Shown one piece after another: positions 18,914 through 26,831 of a DNA stretch of 43,676 bases. Made by a program: the position numbers and the translations under genes. Numbering within the stretch: the stretch's first letter is position 1; each line of letters opens with the position of its first letter. The stretch covers positions 1-43,676 of the forward strand of contig JAAYRC010000034.1 in assembly GCA_012518975.1 (NCBI GenBank), given 5' to 3'. The notes under the pieces are model-generated. The model searched no databases. It was not told the DNA's origin and saw only the letters and a program-made list of their open reading frames with translations. This DNA is from Clostridiales bacterium (GTDB taxonomy: Bacteria > Bacillota > Clostridia > Lachnospirales > Lachnospiraceae).

Positions 18914-20173
18914 TTATTGATTCATCTTCATATATTCGCTTGGGGTCAGTCCTATCCTTTTCTTGAATATTCTACTAAAATAATTGGGGTCCTTATAACC
19001 GACCATAAAGCAGACTTCCTTAACTGTCAAATTGGGATTGGTTAGAAGTTCTTTAGCCTTCTTAACCCGTAGCATTGATAGCCAATCTGTGAAATTAAAG
19101 CCTGTGCTTTTCTTTATAAGTTTGCTAAAATATTGGGGACTGATGTTAGCGAACTCAGCTACATCTTCAAGGGATATTTCTTCTGCATAATTTGCTTCAA
19201 GATATTCCTTGGTGGCTTGAACGATTCTGCTAGAGTAATCAATAGCATTCGTTTGTTTAACATTTCCGGTTATATCTACAAATTTTTGAAAGGCCCATTC
19301 AATCAATTCATTACCTTTGAGTTTCATTAAACTGTCAATATATGATGTATAGTCAATGTAATAAACATCATTAGTAGTGTCAACTCTTGCTGCATGAGCC
19401 GACATGATTAATGCCTCGATAATCTTGCTTCTTTTTACTGTATCGTTATAATTTCTGATTTGATGCATCATTAAGCCAAAGTAATTATAGGCATCTGGTT
19501 TTCGAAGTCGCACTGCTTCAATTAAAAGTTTCTCGGCTTCTACATACTCGAATTGATGATTGGGAATATGCTCATCTAGATCAAGTATATGAATGGCTTT
19601 TCCAGGTGTACAATGTATCATACATGAAAGTGCCTCCAAAAAGGATGTGTAAATAGAATGAATGCTGTGAATATTACTTACACCGGCAGTTACTTTATAT
19701 CCGTATTCCTCTTGGAGAGCATTAATTAGTTTGTCTGCAGTCGAAATGTTTTTATACTTGGTGTCCCTGCTAGGAGTAAAGTTATCAGGTCCATCAGTAA
19801 TTAAAATACTTAACCTGCTATCAACCATAGGCCCTACTGCGGTTGAATAGAGCTTAAGCTTGTCTTTTATAAAATAATATAAAGCAAGCTCGTCGATTTC
19901 AAAATCGAAATTATTTGCGTTATCTTCTAGTTGAAATTCTAATAGAATAAGAAATCCTAAATCTTGAAGCTTTAAAATGTCTCTAAAGACACAAAGTTCT
20001 TTATGAGAAGTATTTCTAAAAAACATTGAAAACATAAAGCTTTTTTCTACATATGAATAAAGATCTTCTGATTCAAAGTCAAGATTTGATTTTAAAATTT
20101 CCCTATGTAGGCTGTCCCAGAATTCTTTGTTTTGTATACTTTTTGTCATTTTATCTATATGGGATACAATCAT
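18914..20173 (-). CDS. AraC-family transcriptional regulator
   Basis: C-terminal double HTH (ISLEDVA..ISPQYFSKLIKK..G; VKEVCFMVGYKDPNYFSRIFKK..GLTPSEY) and a large N-terminal sensory region. Confidence 0.92.
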   Translation of the reverse strand: MIVSHIDKMTKSIQNKEFWDSLHREILKSNLDFESEDLYSYVEKSFMFSMFFRNTSHKELCVFRDILKLQDLGFLILLEFQLEDNANNFDFEIDELALYYFIKDKLKLYSTAVGPMVDSRLSILITDGPDNFTPSRDTKYKNISTADKLINALQEEYGYKVTAGVSNIHSIHSIYTSFLEALSCMIHCTPGKAIHILDLDEHIPNHQFEYVEAEKLLIEAVRLRKPDAYNYFGLMMHQIRNYNDTVKRSKIIEALIMSAHAARVDTTNDVYYIDYTSYIDSLMKLKGNELIEWAFQKFVDITGNVKQTNAIDYSSRIVQATKEYLEANYAEEISLEDVAEFANISPQYFSKLIKKSTGFNFTDWLSMLRVKKAKELLTNPNLTVKEVCFMVGYKDPNYFSRIFKKRIGLTPSEYMKMNQ

Positions 20174-20282
20174 AAAATCACTCCTTGCTATGCCAAAATA
20201 TATATTGTTTATTAATTATAACACTAAATAGTCTATAATGCACGCTTTATATATGGGCAAAAATAAAAAAAAGTTATAAATT

Positions 20283-20311
20283 TTGACAAAATAAATAAAA
20301 ATATATAAAAT
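20283..20311 (+). promoter_or_regulatory. Sigma-A promoter upstream of the S8 protease
   Basis: TTGACA, 17 nt, TAAAAT. Confidence 0.6.
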
Positions 20312-20401
20312 ACATTGCCACATAAATGCCAAGATATAGTAATACTATTATATGAAAAGAAGACGGTTGTTGTTTTTCTATTAAGGTTAAAGGACAAATA
20401 T

Positions 20402-22621
20402 ATGGTAAGAGAGACCAAATACAAAGTGAATATAAAATTAGCTGTAGGGATGTGCTTATTATTCATCACAGGTCTGATTTTCATTTCAAAGGATCGGTTG
20501 AATAGGGAAACTATAATGGAGTCTATGGATGATAGAAGTGACCTTATAGTTCTTTTTAATGAGGCCCCTGATGAACAGGAATTATCTATGATTTTGGAGG
20601 CCTATAATCAGAATGTCAAACTAGTAGAGCATTTTGAGGACTATGCTCTTATCTCTGTAAGTAATAGTCAGGTGCTTGAGGAGGTCATGGCTTACTTGCT
20701 TAATCATCCTTTGGTAAGGATAGTAGAGCCTAATGGTCAAATCGAGTTAATGCAGACAACCAATGATACTTATTCCTCTGCTCAATGGGCAATTAACAAC
20801 CCAGGCAATTATTCAGTCTACTACGACGATCAAATCAGGGTGTTACAATCCACAGAGGATGTTGATATGAACATATCTGAGGCCTGGATGGATATGTATC
20901 AGGAGGAAATTGACTTTAGGAAAGTTATAGTAGCAATTATAGATACTGGTGTTGATTATACACATCCTGATTTAAAAGGCCAAATATGGGAGAATAAAAA
21001 TGAAATACCAGGTGATGGTATAGATAATGATAATAACGGTTTTGTTGATGATATATATGGTTGGGATTTTTATAATGATGATTCTAGCGTGTGTCATTAT
21101 AAATATGATAAAAAAGCAGATGTAAACTTGGCTCTTCCTGAGGATAATGATGATCATGGGACCCATATTGCAGGGATAATAGCTGCTGTTTCAGACAATG
21201 AAGTGGGAATAGCAGGGATAGGTTCTAATATAGATATAGAGCTAATGATACTTAAGGTAAATGGTGGACCTGAAGGAACTGGAAGTATATCTGATGCAAT
21301 TTTAGCCATTAAATATGCCACTATGATGGGGGCTGATATATGTAACATAAGTTGGGGGACCTCTCAGTATTCATATGCTTTGCAAGAGGTCATTAGGGAA
21401 TCCGACATGTTGTTTGTTGCGGCAGCAGGCAATCTTGGATCCGATAACGATAATAAACCAGTGTATCCAGCAAGCTATGATCTGGAAAACTTAATATCCA
21501 CTACATTTATAGATGCTAATGGAAGGCTTACCAGATTATCTAATTATGGTAAGGTTTCAGTTGATATCGCTGCTCCTGGATCTGATATTATAAGCACGGT
21601 TGTTGGATCCTATAATACATATAGTGGTTCTTCCATGGCAGCTCCCCATGTAAGTGGTGTTGCTTCCCTTATATATAGCTATAAGGAGGGACTTTACCCT
21701 TCGGCTGTAAAAGACCTTATTATTAATACGTTAAAACCCTTATCTTCCCTAGAAGGGAAAGTTCTTTATCCTGGAATACCCAATGCTAATAAGGCTTTGT
21801 CGGAAATACCACAAATAAAAACAGATCTACTATATCCTATTATAGAACTAGATACTATATATAATAGCCGGGAGTTTGTAGTTCCTATAAATATAGTGGA
21901 CCAAGGAGGTTCTGGTATAAGGACTGTTCGTTGGTTGGCTGGTAAAAGAAAGTTAGAAGACTTTAACCGAGGAACATCCGGATTTGAAGTTAAGGATAGA
22001 CAAATAAAGGTGTCTAGGGCAGGCATATATACTATATATACCAGTGATTATGCAGGTAATGAAAGTATAAAGCATTATGAAGTGACAGAGGATATAAGTC
22101 CACCAACTATATCTGCTAATTATAAGATTTCTAAGGATTATAAAAAAAGGACTATAAGTATTAAGGTCCAGGACTCGCAGAGTGGTATAAGAAGAGTGAA
22201 ATACTTGTCTGGAAAGAAAGAGTTCTCTGACTTTTTACCTGCTGGCTCTGGGACAGAGATTAAATTAGATAAGGCTAGGGGATCATTTAGTGTAAAAAAA
22301 GATGGTATATATAGTATTTATGCCATTGACAATCGGGGAAACCAGGTTGTAAAACAAATTGAAGTAAAGACTATCAAGGCAGATGAAATTAAATTCACAA
22401 GGTCCCATAAATCTATGAAAATTGGTGAAAGCTATTATCTAAGAGCGTTTGTCAAGCCTGCAAATACAACTGATGTAATAAGCTATACTAGTTCTAACAA
22501 AGGAGTAGCCATAGTTGATAATAGAGGGGAAATTATAGCCCTTAGTGAAGGTACAGCTATAATAACGGCAAGGACCAACAGTGGACAAGAGGTTTCATGT
22601 AGGATTAAAGTGGACAAGTAA
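20402..22621 (+). CDS. Secreted or membrane-anchored subtilisin-like S8 protease with C-terminal Ig-like domains
   Basis: Catalytic triad IIDTGVD / DHGTHIAG / SGSSMAAPHV. N-terminal hydrophobic segment, two repeated SGIR.V..L.GK...DF...GIY.IY..D..GN modules and a Big_2-like end. ATG at 20402 has an AAGGA RBS. Confidence 0.9.
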   Translation: MVRETKYKVNIKLAVGMCLLFITGLIFISKDRLNRETIMESMDDRSDLIVLFNEAPDEQELSMILEAYNQNVKLVEHFEDYALISVSNSQVLEEVMAYLLNHPLVRIVEPNGQIELMQTTNDTYSSAQWAINNPGNYSVYYDDQIRVLQSTEDVDMNISEAWMDMYQEEIDFRKVIVAIIDTGVDYTHPDLKGQIWENKNEIPGDGIDNDNNGFVDDIYGWDFYNDDSSVCHYKYDKKADVNLALPEDNDDHGTHIAGIIAAVSDNEVGIAGIGSNIDIELMILKVNGGPEGTGSISDAILAIKYATMMGADICNISWGTSQYSYALQEVIRESDMLFVAAAGNLGSDNDNKPVYPASYDLENLISTTFIDANGRLTRLSNYGKVSVDIAAPGSDIISTVVGSYNTYSGSSMAAPHVSGVASLIYSYKEGLYPSAVKDLIINTLKPLSSLEGKVLYPGIPNANKALSEIPQIKTDLLYPIIELDTIYNSREFVVPINIVDQGGSGIRTVRWLAGKRKLEDFNRGTSGFEVKDRQIKVSRAGIYTIYTSDYAGNESIKHYEVTEDISPPTISANYKISKDYKKRTISIKVQDSQSGIRRVKYLSGKKEFSDFLPAGSGTEIKLDKARGSFSVKKDGIYSIYAIDNRGNQVVKQIEVKTIKADEIKFTRSHKSMKIGESYYLRAFVKPANTTDVISYTSSNKGVAIVDNRGEIIALSEGTAIITARTNSGQEVSCRIKVDK

Positions 22622-22715
22622 TATTTGTACTCAAGATAAGGTTAAGCAAAAGAATGTAGGTCTTTTGCTTAACCTTATATATAAAAAACTTTGCTTTAAT
22701 AATTTAAAAAAGTTA

Positions 22716-22744
22716 TTGACTGAAAATCCCTTATATGTTATAGT
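22716..22744 (+). promoter_or_regulatory. Sigma-A promoter of the rpmG-secE-nusG cluster
   Basis: TTGACT, 17 nt, TATAGT preceded by TG. Confidence 0.7.
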
Positions 22745-22842
22745 AGTTAAGCAAAGAAAGAGGGCTTTTTTTTTATGCCTAAAAAGGTCGTCTAAAGCAA
22801 GGCAGTAATTAGGCGCTACAAGAGAAAGCGGAGGTGGAAATT

Positions 22843-22992
22843 GTGCGCGTAAAAATCACATTGGCATGTACGGATTGTAAGCAACGTAATTATAATATGA
22901 CAAAGGAAAAGAAATTACATCCGGACAGAATGGAAACAAAGAAGTATTGTAAATTCTGCAGATCACACACACTACACAAAGAAACCAAATAA
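22843..22992 (+). CDS. rpmG: 50S ribosomal protein L33 (zinc-binding C+ form)
   Basis: Below the ORF-track size cut-off. GGAGG RBS, GTG start, [49 protein letters not shown]. Confidence 0.97.
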   Translation: MRVKITLACTDCKQRNYNMTKEKKLHPDRMETKKYCKFCRSHTLHKETK

Positions 22993-23015
22993 TTATACTG
23001 AAAGGAAGTGAAAAG

Positions 23016-23228
23016 ATGGGAGAATCAACTGGTAACGTAGCTGGAAAAGCTCAAAAGAAGAGCAGATTTAAGAGCTTGAAGACCGAATTTAAAAAAATAG
23101 TTTGGGCTGACAAGGAGACTCTTACAAAACAGTCAGTCGCTGTTGTTATCGTTACGCTTCTATTGGGTATAATTATTTATCTATTGGATTATGTAATAGA
23201 ACTAGGAATCGGCTTTATTATAGGATAA
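23016..23228 (+). CDS. secE: Preprotein translocase subunit SecE
   Basis: EFKKIVW motif plus a single TM helix, between rpmG and nusG. Confidence 0.95.
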   Translation: MGESTGNVAGKAQKKSRFKSLKTEFKKIVWADKETLTKQSVAVVIVTLLLGIIIYLLDYVIELGIGFIIG

Positions 23229-23255
23229 TGGGTATTGGCAATATGGAGGTTTAGT

Positions 23256-23777
23256 ATGTCAGAAGCTAATTGGTACGTTGTTCACACATATTCAGGATAT
23301 GAGAACAAAGTAAAAGCGAACATTGAAAAAATGATCGAGAACAGAAAACTGCAGGATCAGATTTTAGAAGTGTCTGTTCCCATGCAGGAAGTCATTGAAG
23401 TGAAAAATGGTGTGAGAAACCGTGTTCAGAAGAAGATGTTTCCCGGTTATGTATTAATCCATATGGTTATGAATGACGATGTATGGTATGTAGTTCGTAA
23501 TACAAGGGGAGTTACAGGCTTCGTAGGCCCAGATTCCAAGCAACCGGTACCTCTATCTGAGGCAGAGATGCGCAACATGGGTATTAAGGATGATAATATA
23601 GTAGTAGACTTTGAGGTTGGTGATACTGTTACAGTTGTAACTGGAGTATGGGAAAATACTACAGGTATAATAAAACAGATAAATCCTCATAAGCAGATTG
23701 TTACTATAAGCGTAGATTTGTTTGGGCGTGAAACACCGGTAGAAATAAGTTTTAGTGATGTGAGAGTTAGCAATTAA
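23256..23777 (+). CDS. nusG: Transcription termination/antitermination factor NusG
   Basis: WYVVHTYSGYENKVK, FPGYV, VRNTRGVTGFVG and a KOW domain ending FGRETPVE. ATG at 23256 follows GGAGG. Confidence 0.98.
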   Translation: MSEANWYVVHTYSGYENKVKANIEKMIENRKLQDQILEVSVPMQEVIEVKNGVRNRVQKKMFPGYVLIHMVMNDDVWYVVRNTRGVTGFVGPDSKQPVPLSEAEMRNMGIKDDNIVVDFEVGDTVTVVTGVWENTTGIIKQINPHKQIVTISVDLFGRETPVEISFSDVRVSN

Positions 23778-23892
23778 TGAAATGAAAACTGGATATTTGT
23801 TAATGACCATGAGGGGCATATTAGCCGTATGCACCATTTACGAATAGAAATATTATTGTGATCATGGATATGCAGTTATTTACGAAGTTTTA

Positions 23893-23920
23893 GTGGGAGG
23901 GAAATCCCCGCAAACACCAC
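23893..23920 (+). promoter_or_regulatory. Ribosomal protein L1-binding leader before rplK
   Basis: GTGGGAGG...CCCGCAAACACCAC matches the GUGGGAG..ACCAC L1 operator shape just before the RBS. Confidence 0.7.
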
Positions 23921-23941
23921 AATATCAGGAGGTAATCAAAA

Positions 23942-24367
23942 ATGGCTAAAAAGGTATCAGGTTATATCAAATTACAAATCCCTGCTGGCAAGGCTACACC
24001 GGCTCCTCCGGTTGGACCTGCATTAGGACAGCATGGTGTGAACATTGTTCAGTTCACTAAAGAATTTAATGCAAGAACAGCTGATCAGGATGGTATGCTT
24101 ATTCCTGTTGTTATCACAGTATATGCAGACAGAAGCTTTAGCTTCGTTACAAAGACCCCCCCAGCTGCAGTATTACTAAAGAAGACATTAAACTTAAAAT
24201 CAGGTTCTGCTGTACCTAACAAGACAAAGGTAGCTACAATCAGTAAGGCAGATCTACAGAAGATTGCAGAGATTAAAATGCCAGACCTTAATGCAGCCAG
24301 CATAGAGGCAGCTATGAGCATGGTAGCTGGAACTGCTAGAAGTATGGGCATTACTGTAGAAGAATAA
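23942..24367 (+). CDS. rplK: 50S ribosomal protein L11
   Basis: [26 protein letters not shown]. Confidence 0.99.
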   Translation: MAKKVSGYIKLQIPAGKATPAPPVGPALGQHGVNIVQFTKEFNARTADQDGMLIPVVITVYADRSFSFVTKTPPAAVLLKKTLNLKSGSAVPNKTKVATISKADLQKIAEIKMPDLNAASIEAAMSMVAGTARSMGITVEE

Positions 24368-24444
24368 TTAGAATATAACAAGTATAATCTAGGCTATATA
24401 AGATATATAGTTACAAGTAGATTATATATTTAAAATCTATTAAT

Positions 24445-24500
24445 GTGGGAGGATATGCAGGGCAAAGTAAAAACTTGCCGTTTTCTTCCGATATTACCAC
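24445..24500 (+). promoter_or_regulatory. Second L1-binding leader before rplA
   Basis: GTGGGAGGA...[GGCAA/TTGCC hairpin]...TCCGATATTACCAC directly before AGGAGG. Confidence 0.7.
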
Positions 24501-24515
24501 TAGGAGGTTTATAGA

Positions 24516-25208
24516 ATGAAAAGAGGAAAGAAGTATGCTGATGCTGCAAAGCTGATAGATAGAGAAGTTCAGTATGATACAGCAGAGGCAATTAGTTTAG
24601 TAAAGAAATCAGCATATGCTAAGTTTGATGAGACAATTGAAGCTCATATCCGTCTAGGTGTTGATGGACGTCATGCTGACCAGCAGGTTCGTGGAGCAGT
24701 AGTATTGCCCCATGGAACAGGTAAGACAGTACGTGTGCTAGTATTTGCCAAGGGCGACAAGGTAGCTGAGGCAGAAGCAGCTGGTGCAGACTTTGTTGGA
24801 GGCGAAGAATTAATTCCTAAGATTCAGAATGAGGGATGGTTTGAATTTGACGTTGTTGTTGCTACTCCAGATATGATGGGTGTAGTAGGTCGTCTTGGAC
24901 GTGTGCTTGGACCTAAGGGATTAATGCCAAACCCTAAGGCTGGTACAGTAACAATGGATGTAGCCAAGGCCATTAGTGATATAAAAGCAGGTAAGATTGA
25001 GTACAGGTTAGATAAGACAAATATAATTCATGTACCAGTTGGAAAGGCTTCTTTTAGTGAGGAGCAGTTAACTGACAACTTCCGGACCTTAATTGAAGCA
25101 ATCGTTAAGGCTAGGCCTGCAGCTGCAAAGGGACAATACTTAAGAAGTGTAACCTTAGCTTCTACTATGGGCCCTGGCATAAAATTAAATACAGCAAAGT
25201 TAAGCTAA
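24516..25208 (+). CDS. rplA: 50S ribosomal protein L1
   Basis: [22 protein letters not shown] and [16 protein letters not shown]. Confidence 0.99.
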   Translation: MKRGKKYADAAKLIDREVQYDTAEAISLVKKSAYAKFDETIEAHIRLGVDGRHADQQVRGAVVLPHGTGKTVRVLVFAKGDKVAEAEAAGADFVGGEELIPKIQNEGWFEFDVVVATPDMMGVVGRLGRVLGPKGLMPNPKAGTVTMDVAKAISDIKAGKIEYRLDKTNIIHVPVGKASFSEEQLTDNFRTLIEAIVKARPAAAKGQYLRSVTLASTMGPGIKLNTAKLS

Positions 25209-25224
25209 TATTTGCATTTGTAGG

Positions 25225-25254
25225 TTGACATGATGTTTGAAATCGTGTTATAAT
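25225..25254 (+). promoter_or_regulatory. Sigma-A promoter of rplJL
   Basis: TTGACA, 18 nt, TATAAT preceded by TG. Confidence 0.8.
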
Positions 25255-25271
25255 CGCTTTTGCATATATAT

Positions 25272-25387
25272 CTGCCGAAGACAGTAGGTGCCGTAAGGCA
25301 TAAGGTGATACCGCCTACCGAGGAGAAGTTGGTTAATAACGTTTGAAATTACAACCTCTTTTTGCTTTGGCAGAAAGAGGTTTTTTA
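25272..25387 (+). ncRNA. L10 leader (autoregulatory attenuator)
   Basis: CCGAAGACAGTAGG...CCTACCGAGG core followed by the terminator AACCTCTTTTTGC/GCAGAAAGAGGTT and a T run, upstream of rplJ. Confidence 0.88.
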
Positions 25388-25420
25388 TGTAATAGGAAAG
25401 TTCTTCCCATTACATAAAAA
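25382..25420. repeat. TAATAGGA/TCCTATTA-type palindrome, copy B
   Basis: TTTTTATGTAATAGGA-AAGTTCT-TCCCATTACATAAAAA, a near-copy of 26475..26520. Confidence 0.75.
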
Positions 25421-25447
25421 GATATTACTTTAAAGGAGGTGTACCAA

Positions 25448-25933
25448 TTGGCTAAAGTAGAATTAAAGCAGCCCATAGTTGAAGAGATAAAAAATTATAC
25501 CAAGGATGCTAAATCAATAGTACTTGTTGATTATCGTGGATTAACAGTAGGACAAGATACAGAGCTTCGTAAGAAACTTAGAGAAGCAGGTGTAGTATAC
25601 AAGGTATATAAGAACACATTTCTAAACTTTGCTTTCAAGGGAACAGAGTTTGAGGAGCTAACAAAGGATTTGCAAGGACCTACAGCAGTAGCATTTGGTC
25701 TTGATGATGCAACAGCTCCAGCTAGAATAATCAATGATCTTGTAAAGAAAATGCCTAAATTAGAGTTCAAGTCTGGAGTAGTTGAAGGGGCTTATTATGA
25801 TAGCGAGGGTATCAAGGTTATCGCAACTATTCCTTCAAGGGATGAACTTATTTCCAAATTACTTGGAAGCTTGCAGTCACCTATTACAAATCTTGCAAGG
25901 GTGCTTAAGCAGATTGCTGAAAAAGCAGCATAA
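25448..25933 (+). CDS. rplJ: 50S ribosomal protein L10
   Basis: DYRGLTV, LRKKLREAG, VYKNT and GPTA. TTG start at 25448 follows AAGGAGGT. Confidence 0.98.
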   Translation: MAKVELKQPIVEEIKNYTKDAKSIVLVDYRGLTVGQDTELRKKLREAGVVYKVYKNTFLNFAFKGTEFEELTKDLQGPTAVAFGLDDATAPARIINDLVKKMPKLEFKSGVVEGAYYDSEGIKVIATIPSRDELISKLLGSLQSPITNLARVLKQIAEKAA

Positions 25934-26026
25934 ATTATTAGTAAATAATTAGGACGGTTTCCTAAACAATTCATTAGTAGGACGGTATCCTACTCAATAA
26001 AATTTTATATGGAGGTATATATTATT

Positions 26027-26395
26027 ATGACAACTCAAGAGTTTATCGAGGCAATTAAAGGCCTTAGTGTATTAGAATTAAATGAACTAGTTAAAGCATG
26101 TGAAGAGGAATTTGGTGTATCCGCAGCAGCAGGTGTTGTAGTTGCAGCAGGTGGAGCAGCAGGTGGAGCAGCTGAAGAAGAAAAATCTGAATTTGATGTT
26201 GAATTAACAGAGATTGGCCCTAACAAGGTTAAGGTTATCAAGGTTGTTCGTGACTTAACTGGCTTAGGCTTAAAGGAAGCTAAAGACTTAGTTGATGGAG
26301 CTCCTAAGATAGTTAAAGAAGGAGTTAGCAAGGCAGAGGCTGATGATATGAAGGCTAAGTTAGAAGCTGAAGGAGCTAAGGTTACATTAAAATAA
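26027..26395 (+). CDS. rplL: 50S ribosomal protein L7/L12
   Basis: [29 protein letters not shown] and [14 protein letters not shown] at 26027. Confidence 0.99.
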   Translation: MTTQEFIEAIKGLSVLELNELVKACEEEFGVSAAAGVVVAAGGAAGGAAEEEKSEFDVELTEIGPNKVKVIKVVRDLTGLGLKEAKDLVDGAPKIVKEGVSKAEADDMKAKLEAEGAKVTLK

Positions 26396-26426
26396 TCTAA
26401 GCAACCTATAAAAGCTAACATTTATA

Positions 26427-26479
26427 AAACAAACATCCATACTAGATGGGGAGTTCCCTGACATTATGGATGTTTTTTT
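26427..26479 (+). terminator. Intrinsic terminator after rplL
   Basis: AAACATCCATA / TATGGATGTTT stem followed by a T run. Confidence 0.75.
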
Positions 26480-26520
26480 ATGTGATGGGAAAGCTCTTCC
26501 TTCTTCCTATTACATAAAAA
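26475..26520. repeat. TAATAGGA/TCCTATTA-type palindrome, copy C
   Basis: TTTTTATGTGATGGGA-AAGCTCTTCCTTCT-TCCTATTACATAAAAA. Confidence 0.75.
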
Positions 26521-26646
26521 TATAAAGTTTGTCTATATGTCTTCAATATAATCTTGAATATTTGAAATTATTTGTAGAAAATGGGAAGGATTTAAATATA
26601 TTAAATATACTTTATTAATAAATAAAGAAAGTCAACAAATTAGCTG

Positions 26647-26675
26647 TTGACAGTAGAATTTAAGTATGGTAGTAT
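26647..26675 (+). promoter_or_regulatory. Sigma-A promoter of rpoBC
   Basis: TTGACA, 17 nt, TAGTAT preceded by TG. Confidence 0.7.
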
Positions 26676-26831
26676 GAAAAGTGCACCATTGTGGTGACAT
26701 ATGCCTAATTAGTATTATTATAGCATAGAAAGCATAAAAAGCAAAGATATTTTTTTTACAAAACATAAGACTTCCTAACAAATTGGGGGAGTCTTATGTA
26801 TACTTATTAAACTCAAGGGGTGAAAACGTCA

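Noticed and set aside
20315-20401. Longer N-terminus for the S8 protease
   Set aside because: The TTG at 20315 sits immediately after the promoter -10 and has no RBS. ATG 20402 has an RBS and gives a normal signal or anchor segment.
22581-22808. 75-aa ORF upstream of rpmG
   Set aside because: It overlaps the protease stop and the rpmG promoter and has no recognisable features.
22745-23015. tRNA genes that often flank rpmG/secE
   Set aside because: No cloverleaf or GTTCGA T-loop was seen. The only structure is a short CGTCTAA/TTAGGCG stem of unknown relevance.
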